This document shows, piece by piece, positions 9,418 through 19,317 of a stretch of DNA of 64,000 nt (positions are counted from its first letter, which is position 1; each line of letters begins with the position of its first letter). The notes beneath the pieces were generated by a model that was not told the DNA's origin, did no database searches, and saw only the letters and a program-made list of their open reading frames with translations. Source of the DNA: Rubripirellula sp. (GTDB taxonomy: Bacteria; Planctomycetota; Planctomycetia; Pirellulales; Pirellulaceae); assembly GCA_965216875.1 (NCBI GenBank), contig OZ244207.1:4928001-4992000 (forward strand), in the 5' to 3' direction. Position numbers and translations under genes: made by a program.

Positions 9418-9568
9418 GGGCGCTGTCGGGCTGACCGTACCGACGTGACTCGGTTATGGCCAGTCGATTGCTTGCGTTAAGATGTCCCTTTGCCCACGCC
9501 GCGGCGGCTGACGACGCGGGAATTGTCGATGGGCGACGGTTTCAGTCCAACTCCGCTCGAAAGCATCG

Positions 9569-10630
9569 ATGCCTCGTTTTCCAAGACCATGGAGCAAGAA
9601 ACGGGGCGAGCGAATCGCTGCCGGAGCGCTGAGTGGAATCGCGGGTGAATTCGCTTTTTACGCGAGTCTGTTAATGGCTGGCGTCTTTGGCATCTCGCTG
9701 ATCATCATCAACCAGCTCGCACCCGAACGGGCCCTCAGTGTCGCGTCAGGTGCTCTCGAAACGAGCTTGAGCAGCTGGATTTTCGGTGTTTTGTCGGTCG
9801 CCTCCATCGCGACTGGCTGCGGTGGCCTGATTTTCCGATTGGTTCGAGCCGGCGCCAGCAGCGAACGGCGCAGTGTGCTGGCCAGTCGCGCTGGTTCGAT
9901 CGAAATCGTTGGCCCCATCCCGGAAGACAACCCAAAACTGCCTTCCGTTCCCCGTGGCCGGTCGCTGACCGATAGCCCGGGCGAACACCAAACTTATCGG
10001 CTCGCCCCCGAAACGGGAGCGGCCGGCGGATTGGTTGGCCCCGCCGTCCTGGCGCTGCTGTGGAACGCGGTTTGGTTCGTTCTGTTGGCGGTTGCCGTGT
10101 CAGGATTCTGGTACGGTCGCCCCCGCTACATCCTCGCCGGGCTGCTCGTTCCATTCGGCTGCATAGGAATTTGGTCGTTCCGCTATTTCCTGTCCCAGCT
10201 GCGTCAACACGCCGGTGTGGGACCGAGCATCGTCGAAATCAGCGCCCATCCACTTTGCCCAGGCGGAACCTACCAAGTCCACGTCGCCCAAATGGGGCGG
10301 TTGAAGCTAAAGCGGCTGAAAGTCCAGCTGACATGCGAAGAAGAGACGTTTTATCGCCAAGGAACGGACGTTCGCGTCGAAAGGTATGTGGCCTTTACCC
10401 AGGTTCTGCACAAAGAACGCGATGTAGACGTTGACCCGCAGCAGCCTTGGGAACAACAATTAACCTTCGATCTCCCCGAAAACGTGATGCATTCGTTTGT
10501 CGGTTCACACAATGCGATTCGGTGGAAGATTGAAGTGATCGGAGAGTCCCGTCCGTGGCCATCGTTCTGCCGAAGTTTTCCCGTCGTCGTCCATCCACCG
10601 GGCTTGCCGCTGAAACGCAGCCTGCGGTGA
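9569..10630 (+). CDS. Membrane protein (4 predicted TM) with C-terminal arrestin/Spo0M-like beta-sandwich
   Basis: Two TM hairpins, then a beta-rich domain ending FDLPENVMHSFVGSHNAIRWKIEV. Confidence 0.7.
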   Translation: MPRFPRPWSKKRGERIAAGALSGIAGEFAFYASLLMAGVFGISLIIINQLAPERALSVASGALETSLSSWIFGVLSVASIATGCGGLIFRLVRAGASSERRSVLASRAGSIEIVGPIPEDNPKLPSVPRGRSLTDSPGEHQTYRLAPETGAAGGLVGPAVLALLWNAVWFVLLAVAVSGFWYGRPRYILAGLLVPFGCIGIWSFRYFLSQLRQHAGVGPSIVEISAHPLCPGGTYQVHVAQMGRLKLKRLKVQLTCEEETFYRQGTDVRVERYVAFTQVLHKERDVDVDPQQPWEQQLTFDLPENVMHSFVGSHNAIRWKIEVIGESRPWPSFCRSFPVVVHPPGLPLKRSLR

Positions 10631-11076
10631 ATGTATCGCTATGCCGTGACGATGGGCTTTACGAAGCTGGCGGCGAGATGACGGTCAAGTGGCGCGTGTC
10701 TCGTGTTCCCATCGACGAACTTCAGGGAATTGAGATCTCGGTGCTCTGGCACACCGAAGGCAAAGGGGACGAAGACCTTCACGTCCACCACTTCCATCGC
10801 CTGGTCGAAAACCAGATTCGGCGCGCCGGTTTGGCTGACGAGCAATCCTTTTCCTGCGACCTGCCCGTCACCCCACTCAGCTATCACGGCCGTTTGATCA
10901 GCGTCCTGTGGTGCATTCGTCTTCGCCTGTTCCTCGGTGGATCACGCGAAATCGTTGCTGAACAACCCTTCCACCTGGTCGCCCCAGGGTCTCGGCGACA
11001 CGTCACGGTTGCAGCCACCGCAACCGAAGCCGCTGGCAGTCCCGGCACATCGACCAACGTGGCGTCGGCCAGCTAG
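10627..11076 (+). CDS. Soluble arrestin/Spo0M-like protein
   Basis: GTGA overlap with the upstream gene (start uncertain). Motifs 'LWHTEGKGDED' and 'CDLPVTPLSYHGRLISVLWCIRL'. Confidence 0.65.
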   Translation: MNVSLCRDDGLYEAGGEMTVKWRVSRVPIDELQGIEISVLWHTEGKGDEDLHVHHFHRLVENQIRRAGLADEQSFSCDLPVTPLSYHGRLISVLWCIRLRLFLGGSREIVAEQPFHLVAPGSRRHVTVAATATEAAGSPGTSTNVASAS

Positions 11077-11765
11077 TGTCGGCGATCCCATCCAATCCGT
11101 TCAGCACGCGGTTTGTTGCTCCCGGCGCGATCCCCTTCCGCTTTCACGCCAACGCCAATCCTCTTGGTGCCCACAGTGCCGAAACCATTGTCGATCAACT
11201 CACACGCGTCCGCTTTGGTGTGATTGTCGGTCCACATGGCTCGGGCAAATCGACCCTCCTCAAGTCAATGGAGCCGCTCGCCCGCAGTCGATTCAAGCAG
11301 CTCTCCCAAATCCAAACACATGCCTGTGAGTCATCGGGCTGGCGAGCATCGAGTCGACATCGGGCGACCGTTTGGCGAAGCGTGCGCCACAAACTCAACC
11401 AACTTGGCGACGGCGGATTGCTGATTGTTGACGGCCTGGAACAGTTGTCGCGTTTTGATCGATGGCGTTTGGTCGCGCGTGCGAAAGCCCGCGGCCTTTC
11501 GATTCTTGCTACCAGCCACAGTGAATCGGTCCACTTTGCGACACTCTACCGAACCGAGATCACCCGCGAGTTGGTTCAATCGCTTGCGGAAGAGCTCCTT
11601 GAGGATGCACCGCCAAAGATCCGCCAAGCGGTGGCCGAAGAATTAGATGCACGAGACTTGGCGAGCATCAACGATGTTCGCCAATTATGGTTTGACCTCT
11701 ACGATAGCGTGCAAAGCGAATTGATCGCCGCCAACGATTCGTCGTCCAAGGCCCTACGCGTCTGA
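11076..11765 (+). CDS. Small P-loop/AAA-type ATPase
   Basis: NPF N-terminal motif, Walker A GPHGSGKST, Walker B-like LLIVDGLE. Coupled to the upstream gene. Confidence 0.8.
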   Translation: MSAIPSNPFSTRFVAPGAIPFRFHANANPLGAHSAETIVDQLTRVRFGVIVGPHGSGKSTLLKSMEPLARSRFKQLSQIQTHACESSGWRASSRHRATVWRSVRHKLNQLGDGGLLIVDGLEQLSRFDRWRLVARAKARGLSILATSHSESVHFATLYRTEITRELVQSLAEELLEDAPPKIRQAVAEELDARDLASINDVRQLWFDLYDSVQSELIAANDSSSKALRV

Positions 11766-11849
11766 CAACTCTGCTCCGCTGAAACGTGCTTGGCCGAATT
11801 AATACTTGGCCGAGAAACCTGCCCACCGCACTTCGTTAAAGAACACCCA

Positions 11850-12611
11850 ATGGCTCAACGCTTGTCTGTCGTGATGGTGCATTCGCCGCCTGCTTCGCTT
11901 GCCGCCAGCCAATTGGCCGAAGCGATCGTCGGTGAGCTGATTGGATTGCGCGAAATCGACCTGACGCTCATCGGACCGATCGACCAACTAGCGGAGGGAT
12001 CGAGTGATCGGCTGTCGCTCGAGTCACTCTCTGGAGACGTAGCGCTTTTGGATTGGCAACCACCGTCGGCAATCATCAAGTCACTCGCAACGCTCAACTT
12101 CGTCGGCAGCCGCTCTCCTCATGCCAGCGATCCTCATGCTGGCGAAGCCGCCTCATCGCAGAAACACGCACCGCCCCAACCGTCAACGCGTCGTATTTAT
12201 GCGTTCGACCTTTCTCAGTTTTCACAACCCAAGGCGGTTTGCGATGCGCTCGTTCGACTCAAAGGGACCCGTCAGGTGCGCACCTTTGACTTGGCGCCAA
12301 CGCTGGGCGGAAAGACGTCGCCCATTGGAGGAAACGAAGGCTCGCAGCGTCCCGGGGCGTTGCCGGTAACCCAAGCTCCAACTTCCCAAGCTTCAACATC
12401 CGGAGCCCAGTCTCCTCCGACCGGGGCGTCACAAAACCAGTCTCCCCCTGAAGCTGGGAACGAAATGGCGGAACCGAAGTCGGCAACCCGATTCCAGCAG
12501 AAACCCGGCCAAAAGAGTGAAACGCCCGCTGGCTCCGATTCGCCTTCACAGGTCAAGCAACCGGATCAACTGGACGCCCTGATTGACCAACTCGATCAAC
12601 TCGACCCTTAA
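11850..12611 (+). CDS. Hypothetical protein with disordered C-terminus
   Basis: Globular-looking N-terminal 150 aa, Pro/Ser/Gln tail, terminal LDALIDQLDQL helix. Confidence 0.7.
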   Translation: MAQRLSVVMVHSPPASLAASQLAEAIVGELIGLREIDLTLIGPIDQLAEGSSDRLSLESLSGDVALLDWQPPSAIIKSLATLNFVGSRSPHASDPHAGEAASSQKHAPPQPSTRRIYAFDLSQFSQPKAVCDALVRLKGTRQVRTFDLAPTLGGKTSPIGGNEGSQRPGALPVTQAPTSQASTSGAQSPPTGASQNQSPPEAGNEMAEPKSATRFQQKPGQKSETPAGSDSPSQVKQPDQLDALIDQLDQLDP

Positions 12612-12719
12612 TCTCGGGCAACGAATTGCCATCGCAGGCTGGGGGTGATAATCTAGGATCGTGCGCCGAGCGATGCGGATGAACCGCCTCGGGACCTTTT
12701 TTATTTTCGGAACTTATTT

Positions 12720-13085
12720 ATGGCGGCCATCACCACACAAACAACTGGCGAGATTTTGGTCGTAGGCTTCACCGACAGCAAAATCCTCGATAGCCAACGC
12801 ATCGAGCAGGTGGGCAAGGAACTGCAAGACGCGGTGCCACAAGCGATTCACAAAAAGATGCTCCTCAACTTCCGTGGCGTCTCGTTCATGTCATCGGCGA
12901 TGATCACCAAGTTGGTCATGCTCAACAAAGGCTGTACGGCTCAAGGTGTTGCCCTCAAATTCTGTGAGGTTTCGCCGAACGTTTTGGAAGTCTTCAAAAT
13001 CACCAAGCTGAACAAGTTGTTCGATATTCAAGAAGGTGAAGAAAAAGCCGTCGCGAGTTTCGACAAGAAGGGCTGGTTCGGCTGA
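12720..13085 (+). CDS. STAS-domain anti-sigma factor antagonist
   Basis: 121 aa; LLNFRGVSFMSSAMI phosphoacceptor motif; 'VLEVFKITKL'. Confidence 0.92.
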   Translation: MAAITTQTTGEILVVGFTDSKILDSQRIEQVGKELQDAVPQAIHKKMLLNFRGVSFMSSAMITKLVMLNKGCTAQGVALKFCEVSPNVLEVFKITKLNKLFDIQEGEEKAVASFDKKGWFG

Positions 13086-13114
13086 TTCGCAACTCGGACG
13101 ACGAGCGGCTTACA

Positions 13115-13777
13115 GTGGACCCACGACATGACCAAACCGCTCGTTTGATCGAAAATGAACGTGCGCAGATTGGGCACGAGATTCATGATGGCCTGCTGCC
13201 TTTGATCTTTGCAGCCTCCGCAGGCCTCGGCGCTTTGATCGATGATCTCGCCACCGGTGGCGAAGAAGAAACGCCGCGATTGCAAAGGGCTCGCCAAGTC
13301 GCCGGATGGCTGGACGAAGCGATGCAATCGGGACGCCGCATTCTGACCGGCGTCTATCCACCAGAACTCAGCGATGGTTCGTGGACACACGCCGCGACCG
13401 CCTGTGTCGAACGACTGCTCGGTGACAAAGCGTCCTGTGTTCAGTGGAACCTCGACCCCGCGGTCAACGAACTCGATGCCGGCGATGCGTTGGCTGCGTA
13501 TCGCATCGTGATCGAAGCGATCCGAAATGCCATCAGCCACGGTGGTGCAACCCTAGTCGACGTGGTTGCTGCCAAGAGCGAAGCGGATGATTGGGTCATC
13601 TCAATCACCGACAACGGCTCGGGGTTTGAGCCGAGTGAGATCCCGAAAGACCGGTTCGGTTGCCGAGCGATGGCAGGTCGCGCCGAACTCGTCGGCGGTA
13701 CATTTGATCTGGAGTCTCGGCCAGGCGGTCCCACCAAAGTGACACTCACCCTGATCCCAGTGAGCGACACGCGTTAG
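13115..13777 (+). CDS. Histidine kinase (HisKA_3/NarX-type) lacking a sensor domain
   Basis: ERAQIGHEIHDG H-box, EAIRNAISHG N-box, DNGSGF G1 box, GGT G2 box. Confidence 0.88.
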   Translation: MDPRHDQTARLIENERAQIGHEIHDGLLPLIFAASAGLGALIDDLATGGEEETPRLQRARQVAGWLDEAMQSGRRILTGVYPPELSDGSWTHAATACVERLLGDKASCVQWNLDPAVNELDAGDALAAYRIVIEAIRNAISHGGATLVDVVAAKSEADDWVISITDNGSGFEPSEIPKDRFGCRAMAGRAELVGGTFDLESRPGGPTKVTLTLIPVSDTR

Positions 13778-13795
13778 CGTCGGGCCTTGTGATTG

Positions 13796-13856
13796 TCGCC
13801 TTTCGCTCCGCGAAAGCAGCGCCATCAAACGCAACTTTTGCGGAGCAAAAGGCGAC
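13796..13856. repeat. Palindromic dispersed repeat, family GTCGCCTTTCGCTCCGCGAAAG (copy 1)
   Basis: Inverted arms TCGCCTTTCGCTCCGCGAAAG / CTTTTGCGGAGCAAAAGGCGAC between convergent genes. Related copies at 45111 and 58776. Confidence 0.85.
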
Positions 13857-13975
13857 GATGCCAGAAGGCGGTTTCAATCACCACGCTCAGGCGAGCGTAG
13901 CGACGTTGAGTTCATGGCCCGAGTTCATGGCCCGGCCGCTTATGCGATCGCGGCTCACGAGATTCGGCTGGCGAA

Positions 13976-14218
13976 TCAGGAGGTCGTCGTGTCCATTTCC
14001 TTGAGCGACTTGCCCAAGCGTTTGCGTCCGCCGGTGTTCTTGCGCGACTTGGATTTGGTTCCTGTGTCACCCATGATCAACGCGGCGACATTGGGATGAA
14101 GCTCATCGGAATCGGCTGGCGTGCCAATCTGCTCGATCGCATCGCTGACGCCCAACAAAACGGATTGCCGTACGCCGTCGCGAAGCCACTCAAAGAAATT
14201 CACGTTCACGGGATCCAT
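13976..14218 (-). CDS. Small hypothetical protein
   Basis: 80 aa, amphipathic helix NFFEWLRDGVRQSVLLGVSDAIE, basic tail, GAGGG RBS. Confidence 0.7.
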   Translation of the reverse strand: MDPVNVNFFEWLRDGVRQSVLLGVSDAIEQIGTPADSDELHPNVAALIMGDTGTKSKSRKNTGGRKRLGKSLKEMDTTTS

Positions 14219-14360
14219 CCCTCATCGTGTATTGGTTCGACGCTTGCCCCAACACTGCGCTGTTTGGCAAACCTAAAACTAGCCTAATAGTCATCGGTTC
14301 GCTGACGCGTCTAGATTGACTTTTATTCCGTCGCAGGAAAACGGTCGCATTCCAGCAAAC

Positions 14361-14406
14361 ACCCTCCCGCTTGCGGGAGGGTCGGACGCTAAAGTCCGGG
14401 GAGGGA
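14361..14406. repeat. REP-like palindrome ACCCTCCCGCTTGCGGGAGGGT
   Basis: Perfect hairpin followed by a second hairpin CGGAC..GTCCG and GGGAGGG, downstream of apbE. Confidence 0.6.
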
Positions 14407-14432
14407 AGGAGCAAGGGAGAGTGTTTTTGACA

Positions 14433-15458
14433 CTAGCTTGGATCACGCTTCGTTGTACCCATCCGTGAAACAGCAGCAAACTCATCGGAAGACTCGTCGA
14501 CCCAATCGATTTGCTCGCTCGATTCGACCTGAGTTTCATCCTGACGCTGCCCCTCGGCGACGGCAATCGTGGCTGGCCGCTCCCAATCGGCATCCTCAAA
14601 ATTTGAGTCCTCGCCAGCAACGAACATCCCTGTCGAACAGGCATCCGCATCGCCAGCCGATGACATGATCACGGTCAACGACAATAGGTCGCCAGCAGGA
14701 TACCCCGTCCTTGGGTCAATCACGTGACCGTAGCGTTTGCCGCGATAGTGAAAAAACTGCTTTCCACTTCCGCTCGTCGCCAGAGCCGCGTCGCGCAGCC
14801 ATATCCCACCAAGACGGCGGTTGGGCTTGGTCGGATGCCCGATCCCCACGGCCCAACCTTTGCCAGACCCAGCCACTTGATCGCCTGCCGCAATCACACT
14901 GCTGGCCCCACCGTGAAACAGAAAGTCGGTCACACCAGCATCATGCAGCCGACGGGCAACCCGATCGATCGCATCCCCTTTGCCGATGCCACCCATATTC
15001 AACGACATTCCTGGGGTGGTGAACGCAATGGTCGAAGCGCCCGCGTCGAGCGACAGTTTGTGCGATCCCACCCGCTGTCGAGCCGCTTCGATTTCTTCCG
15101 AAGTCGGCTTTCGTCCACTGCGACTGAGAAAGCCCCAAACCTCGACGAGCGGACCGGCGGTGATATCAAACGCGCCGTCGGTCCGTTGGCTCCACAAGAC
15201 CGCCCGCTCGATCAACTCGAAGGTCGACCGTGACACGCGAACCGGTTGCTCATCGGCGACGAGATTGACGCGCGAGATTTCGCTGGCTGCATCGTAGACG
15301 GTGAGGCGTTTTTCGATTTCGTCGAGCTCGTCCATTGCTGCCACCGCCGCCTCGACCGCGCCGGCATGCTGTGGTGGAAGCAGCACGACAAACTCCGTTG
15401 CCATCGCCCGGTGGGTGACCTGAGTCACCATGTCGTTTTGTGGCGGAGTTGGTGTCAT
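14433..15458 (-). CDS. apbE: FAD:protein FMN transferase ApbE
   Basis: AMAT, SEISRVN, GAFDITAGPL, GGIGKG, ATSG and HVIDPRTG motifs. Confidence 0.93.
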   Translation of the reverse strand: MTPTPPQNDMVTQVTHRAMATEFVVLLPPQHAGAVEAAVAAMDELDEIEKRLTVYDAASEISRVNLVADEQPVRVSRSTFELIERAVLWSQRTDGAFDITAGPLVEVWGFLSRSGRKPTSEEIEAARQRVGSHKLSLDAGASTIAFTTPGMSLNMGGIGKGDAIDRVARRLHDAGVTDFLFHGGASSVIAAGDQVAGSGKGWAVGIGHPTKPNRRLGGIWLRDAALATSGSGKQFFHYRGKRYGHVIDPRTGYPAGDLLSLTVIMSSAGDADACSTGMFVAGEDSNFEDADWERPATIAVAEGQRQDETQVESSEQIDWVDESSDEFAAVSRMGTTKRDPS

Positions 15459-15856
15459 GAAATCGCGGGCTGCTTCCGATAAATAGGATTCTGGTCAACA
15501 GAGACGATGTGGAAAGCCAGCCTAACTCATGGTCGCGGTTCCCCCAATCGGCGAACCCGACGGGGCGATCCCGAGTCCATGATGTCGTTCCCATGACTTG
15601 CCAAATCACAGAACTGGCTGGTACCCGTTTTTGGCATGATGGGCCACGGCAGGGGGGTGCCGCCCAAATGAGGGCTACGGATCCAACGCCAACAGACCAG
15701 AGACGAGCAAAAAAGCCCCGAAACGAGGTTTTGGACCTGAAACGGGGCAAAATAGGGTGCTCATGTGCGGATTGGGTTGCGTGAATCAGTACGATCCCAC
15801 ACAATCTTCGCTTCGGCGTCGACAGGTAACTGTCGCCCACCGAGGTTGAAGCAAAA

Positions 15857-15945
15857 GGAGCGGTGGCTGAGTGGTCGAAAGCGCCGGTTTGCTAAATCGG
15901 TGAACCGGGAAACCGGTTCCGCAGGTTCGAATCCTGTCCGCTCCG
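15857..15945 (+). tRNA. tRNA-Ser(GCT)
   Basis: Acceptor GGAGCGG/CCGCTCC, anticodon loop TTGCTAA, long variable arm, GGTTCGAATCC T-arm; CCA not encoded. Confidence 0.97.
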
Positions 15946-16103
15946 CTTTGACAACCTACTACGCTTGGATAAGCAAAACAAAAGACAACACCATCGCGAA
16001 TTAGATCCCGATCCAGACAACACCTGAGCCGCTCGCCAAGCTTCACCCGGCGACACATTCGACGGTGTTACAAATCCAATCTGGTTTCGGTTACCGCATG
16101 GTC

Positions 16104-16176
<73 letters not shown>

Positions 16177-16369
16177 CTTCTTTTCTTTCTCGCGGTCGCG
16201 AGTCACCTTCACCATCAAAGTGTCGGTTATCAAAGGCATGCAGAGCGACAAACCGATCCAGTCGCTATAACCGGAACCGACTTTGCGGGCTGCCTTTGCC
16301 CGCTTCAACTTCCACTTGGCAGCGTTCGATTTCCAGAGGTGTGTTCCTCCCTCTCAAGGCGCTGGCTCA

Positions 16370-17692
16370 ATGGGTTTCCTGCATCGCGTTCGACAGCTCG
16401 CTATCGCGATTGCTTTCTGCGCGGTGATCGCTGGGAAAGGCGTCTCGCTGGCCCAATCACCGGCAACAAACGATGCCGGGAACGTCGCTACCAACAACCA
16501 AATGGGTAGCAACTCAAATGGCAACAAGGTACGACAACTCGGCAATGTCCCCGAAGATGTTGGCTACCAACTTCAAGAATCCAACCAGCGGATCGACGCT
16601 CTCTTTCAGCGCGCCCCGCTCGATCCCTTGCACGAGATTTGGGACCGCTTGAACGAGCGAACCAAAACGGGCTGCAACCTCGATATGGGTGTCAACTACA
16701 CCGCAATCTATCAATGGGCCGACACGACCGTTTCAGGGCCGAAGAGTGCCGGAGATGGAGACCTCGATTTCTTTGGCCGTTGGACACCCTTTGGATGCGA
16801 TCGCTGCTCCAATCAAGCAATCGTCTTCACAAGCGAATGGCGTCACAAATACTCACGCATCGCGCCAGACCAGTTGAATACGGGAACGGTTGGTGGAACG
16901 ATCGTCGGCTTTGACGTCCAAGACTTTTCACTTATCCAACTCTACTGGGAATCAGGCAAATACGAGGATGGCTTCATCACGCGCGCGGGCAAGATGGATC
17001 CTGCGTTGATCTACGATGGCGGCCGCTTCGTCAGTTCCAACTACGCGTTTTTCAGCCCCGCCTTTTCCGACACACTTACTGCGGCCTTGCCCGATGCGGG
17101 ACTTGGTATTGCGGGGGCAATCTACCCTACGGACGCCACCTACGTGCTCGGTGGGATCCACGATGCCAACGCCAAACGCAGCACGACTGGCTTCAATACG
17201 TTCTTCGGCGAAGGTGAACTGTTCAGCGCCTTGGAGTTGGGTTGGTATCCCAACGAGGGGAAAGTCGACGAAGGGATGTACCACATCACGTTCTGGCATT
17301 CCGACCCGCGCCGCAAAGCGAACCGCCGTGGCGATCGTGGCATCGCGTTGACAGCCGAACAACAGATCGGATGCGATGGCAAGATTGTTCCATTTCTGCG
17401 TTACTCATACGCCCATCGTGGACTCAACAACGTTCGCCAGAACCTTTCACTTGGCGTTGGCGTCGAAGAGGTCTTTGGCCAGAACTTTGACATCGCTGGC
17501 GTTGCCTGGTCGTGGCAAGAGCCCTCCAACAAAACGCTTCGCGATCAATATGTCTTTGAAACGTTCTATCGCTTTCACCTCACGCCGCACACGCACCTCT
17601 CGCCCGACATCCAAGTGATCATCGACCCTGCTAATGCACCCACCAAGGACTCGGTGACCGTCCTTGGCCTGCGGTTAAGAACGCTCTACTAG
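16370..17692 (+). CDS. OprB-family carbohydrate-selective porin
   Basis: Signal peptide, alternating beta-strands, C-terminal ETFYRFHLTPHTHLSPDIQVIIDPA...GLRLRTLY. Confidence 0.85.
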   Translation: MGFLHRVRQLAIAIAFCAVIAGKGVSLAQSPATNDAGNVATNNQMGSNSNGNKVRQLGNVPEDVGYQLQESNQRIDALFQRAPLDPLHEIWDRLNERTKTGCNLDMGVNYTAIYQWADTTVSGPKSAGDGDLDFFGRWTPFGCDRCSNQAIVFTSEWRHKYSRIAPDQLNTGTVGGTIVGFDVQDFSLIQLYWESGKYEDGFITRAGKMDPALIYDGGRFVSSNYAFFSPAFSDTLTAALPDAGLGIAGAIYPTDATYVLGGIHDANAKRSTTGFNTFFGEGELFSALELGWYPNEGKVDEGMYHITFWHSDPRRKANRRGDRGIALTAEQQIGCDGKIVPFLRYSYAHRGLNNVRQNLSLGVGVEEVFGQNFDIAGVAWSWQEPSNKTLRDQYVFETFYRFHLTPHTHLSPDIQVIIDPANAPTKDSVTVLGLRLRTLY

Positions 17693-17899
17693 AGACTTTG
17701 CTCGTGCAGTTCCTTACCAGTCGAAAGAGAGACCGAAAGATGAGGGACAGAGAATCGCGAGGGGCCGACGCGTGAAACCAATGAAAGGGACGAAAGTTTC
17801 ACCCAATCGGGTTGAGCGTTCGGAAACTCCGAACGCTTGCCCAAAGCCTTAGAATGGAATTCTCTTCAGCACCAATCGCCCCTCCAGGAGAAACGCAAC

Positions 17900-19144
17900 A
17901 TGCTCCGCAAACTCTTCGCACTCTCCTTGGTCTTGTTTGTCGCCGCTCCGCAATCCTTCGGAGGTGAAGAAAGCAAGACTTGGCCTGCTTCTGACAAAGC
18001 CAAACAGTTTGTTGATGACACGATTGTGATCGGGTTCTTCGCGAGCCCGTGGGGAACGGGCTGGACGAAAGACGAACACTTTCACGATTACCTCAAGCGT
18101 TCGCGTGCCGCTGGCATCACTGGGCATGACATGACGCTGGCCGCTGGCGGTTACACGTTCGATCAGTTTCTAAAAGAGCACCAAAAGTACCGCAACACGA
18201 TGGCTCAAACGCCAGGCAAGTATGCCTTCGTTCGTAATATCCGCGACATCGAACATGCTCACGTGACTGGCAAGACGGCCGTCATTTGGAACTCGCAGAC
18301 CGCGACGATCATCGATGGCGACTTGAACAAGATCGCGACCCTCAAAGAAATGGGCATCGCGAGCATCATCTTGGCTTACAACGATCTGTTCCGCACCGGC
18401 TCGGGTAGTCTTGCCGAATTCAATGGATCAACCGTCGGTGTGACGCCTTGGGGAATCTCGGTCATCGACGAAATGGTCAAGCACCAAATCATCGTGGACC
18501 TCAGCCACATGGGTCCAAAGATGACCATGGGAATCATGGATCACATGGAGAAAAACCATCCTGGCGTACCCGTCATCTTTTCGCATTCACTACCCGCAGG
18601 GCTTTATGGCGAAACCGCCGAAGCGACCGAGCGGGGATGCTATCGCAACATCAGTGATGAAGAAGCCGTTCGCTGTGCCAAGAGTGGCGGGTTTGTCTCA
18701 CCCACATTCACCGAATGGATGTTGGACGGCATCTGGCCGGACGACATCACGCCCCAGCAATGTGCGGACATGATTCACTATTACGTCAAACTGGTCGGGG
18801 TCGATCACGTGGGGATCGCGTCGGACGACATGTTCACAACCAAGCCAACGATGAACTTCGTCAAGGCCAACCCCAACCTCTACGCCGATGGCGGCTACAT
18901 GGTCAACGCCTTCAATCGAGGCGCCGATGGCTGCGGTGAACTTGCAAAGATTCTCCCCGCCGTGACCGACGAACTTTGGAAACGAGGGTACAGCAACGAA
19001 GATCTGGAAAAGATCTACGGAGGCAACAAGATGCGCGTCTATCGAATGGTTTGGGAGAACGTCGCTCCGAAAGACGAGCTGATCGATGTGAAGAAGCGTC
19101 GAGAGATGGTCAACGAGCTGCGTCAAAAGTGGCAAAGCCGGTAA
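17900..19144 (+). CDS. Secreted membrane-dipeptidase (peptidase M19, amidohydrolase fold) homologue
   Basis: AGGAG RBS, signal peptide, [27 protein letters not shown] and KIYGGN motifs. Confidence 0.88.
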   Translation: MLRKLFALSLVLFVAAPQSFGGEESKTWPASDKAKQFVDDTIVIGFFASPWGTGWTKDEHFHDYLKRSRAAGITGHDMTLAAGGYTFDQFLKEHQKYRNTMAQTPGKYAFVRNIRDIEHAHVTGKTAVIWNSQTATIIDGDLNKIATLKEMGIASIILAYNDLFRTGSGSLAEFNGSTVGVTPWGISVIDEMVKHQIIVDLSHMGPKMTMGIMDHMEKNHPGVPVIFSHSLPAGLYGETAEATERGCYRNISDEEAVRCAKSGGFVSPTFTEWMLDGIWPDDITPQQCADMIHYYVKLVGVDHVGIASDDMFTTKPTMNFVKANPNLYADGGYMVNAFNRGADGCGELAKILPAVTDELWKRGYSNEDLEKIYGGNKMRVYRMVWENVAPKDELIDVKKRREMVNELRQKWQSR

Positions 19145-19317
19145 GGATGACGCATTCGGTCATTTCATTCGACGAGAATCGCATCACCCGTATCAATCTG
19201 CGACGGCCGTGACCTGGCCCCGCCGAGCGTGCTGGTAAGTGGCCTCGCAATATCGACACAACTAGGTTGCGCAACTGAAAACTCAACCGACCGTCGCTTG
19301 TTTCCGACACCAGAAAT

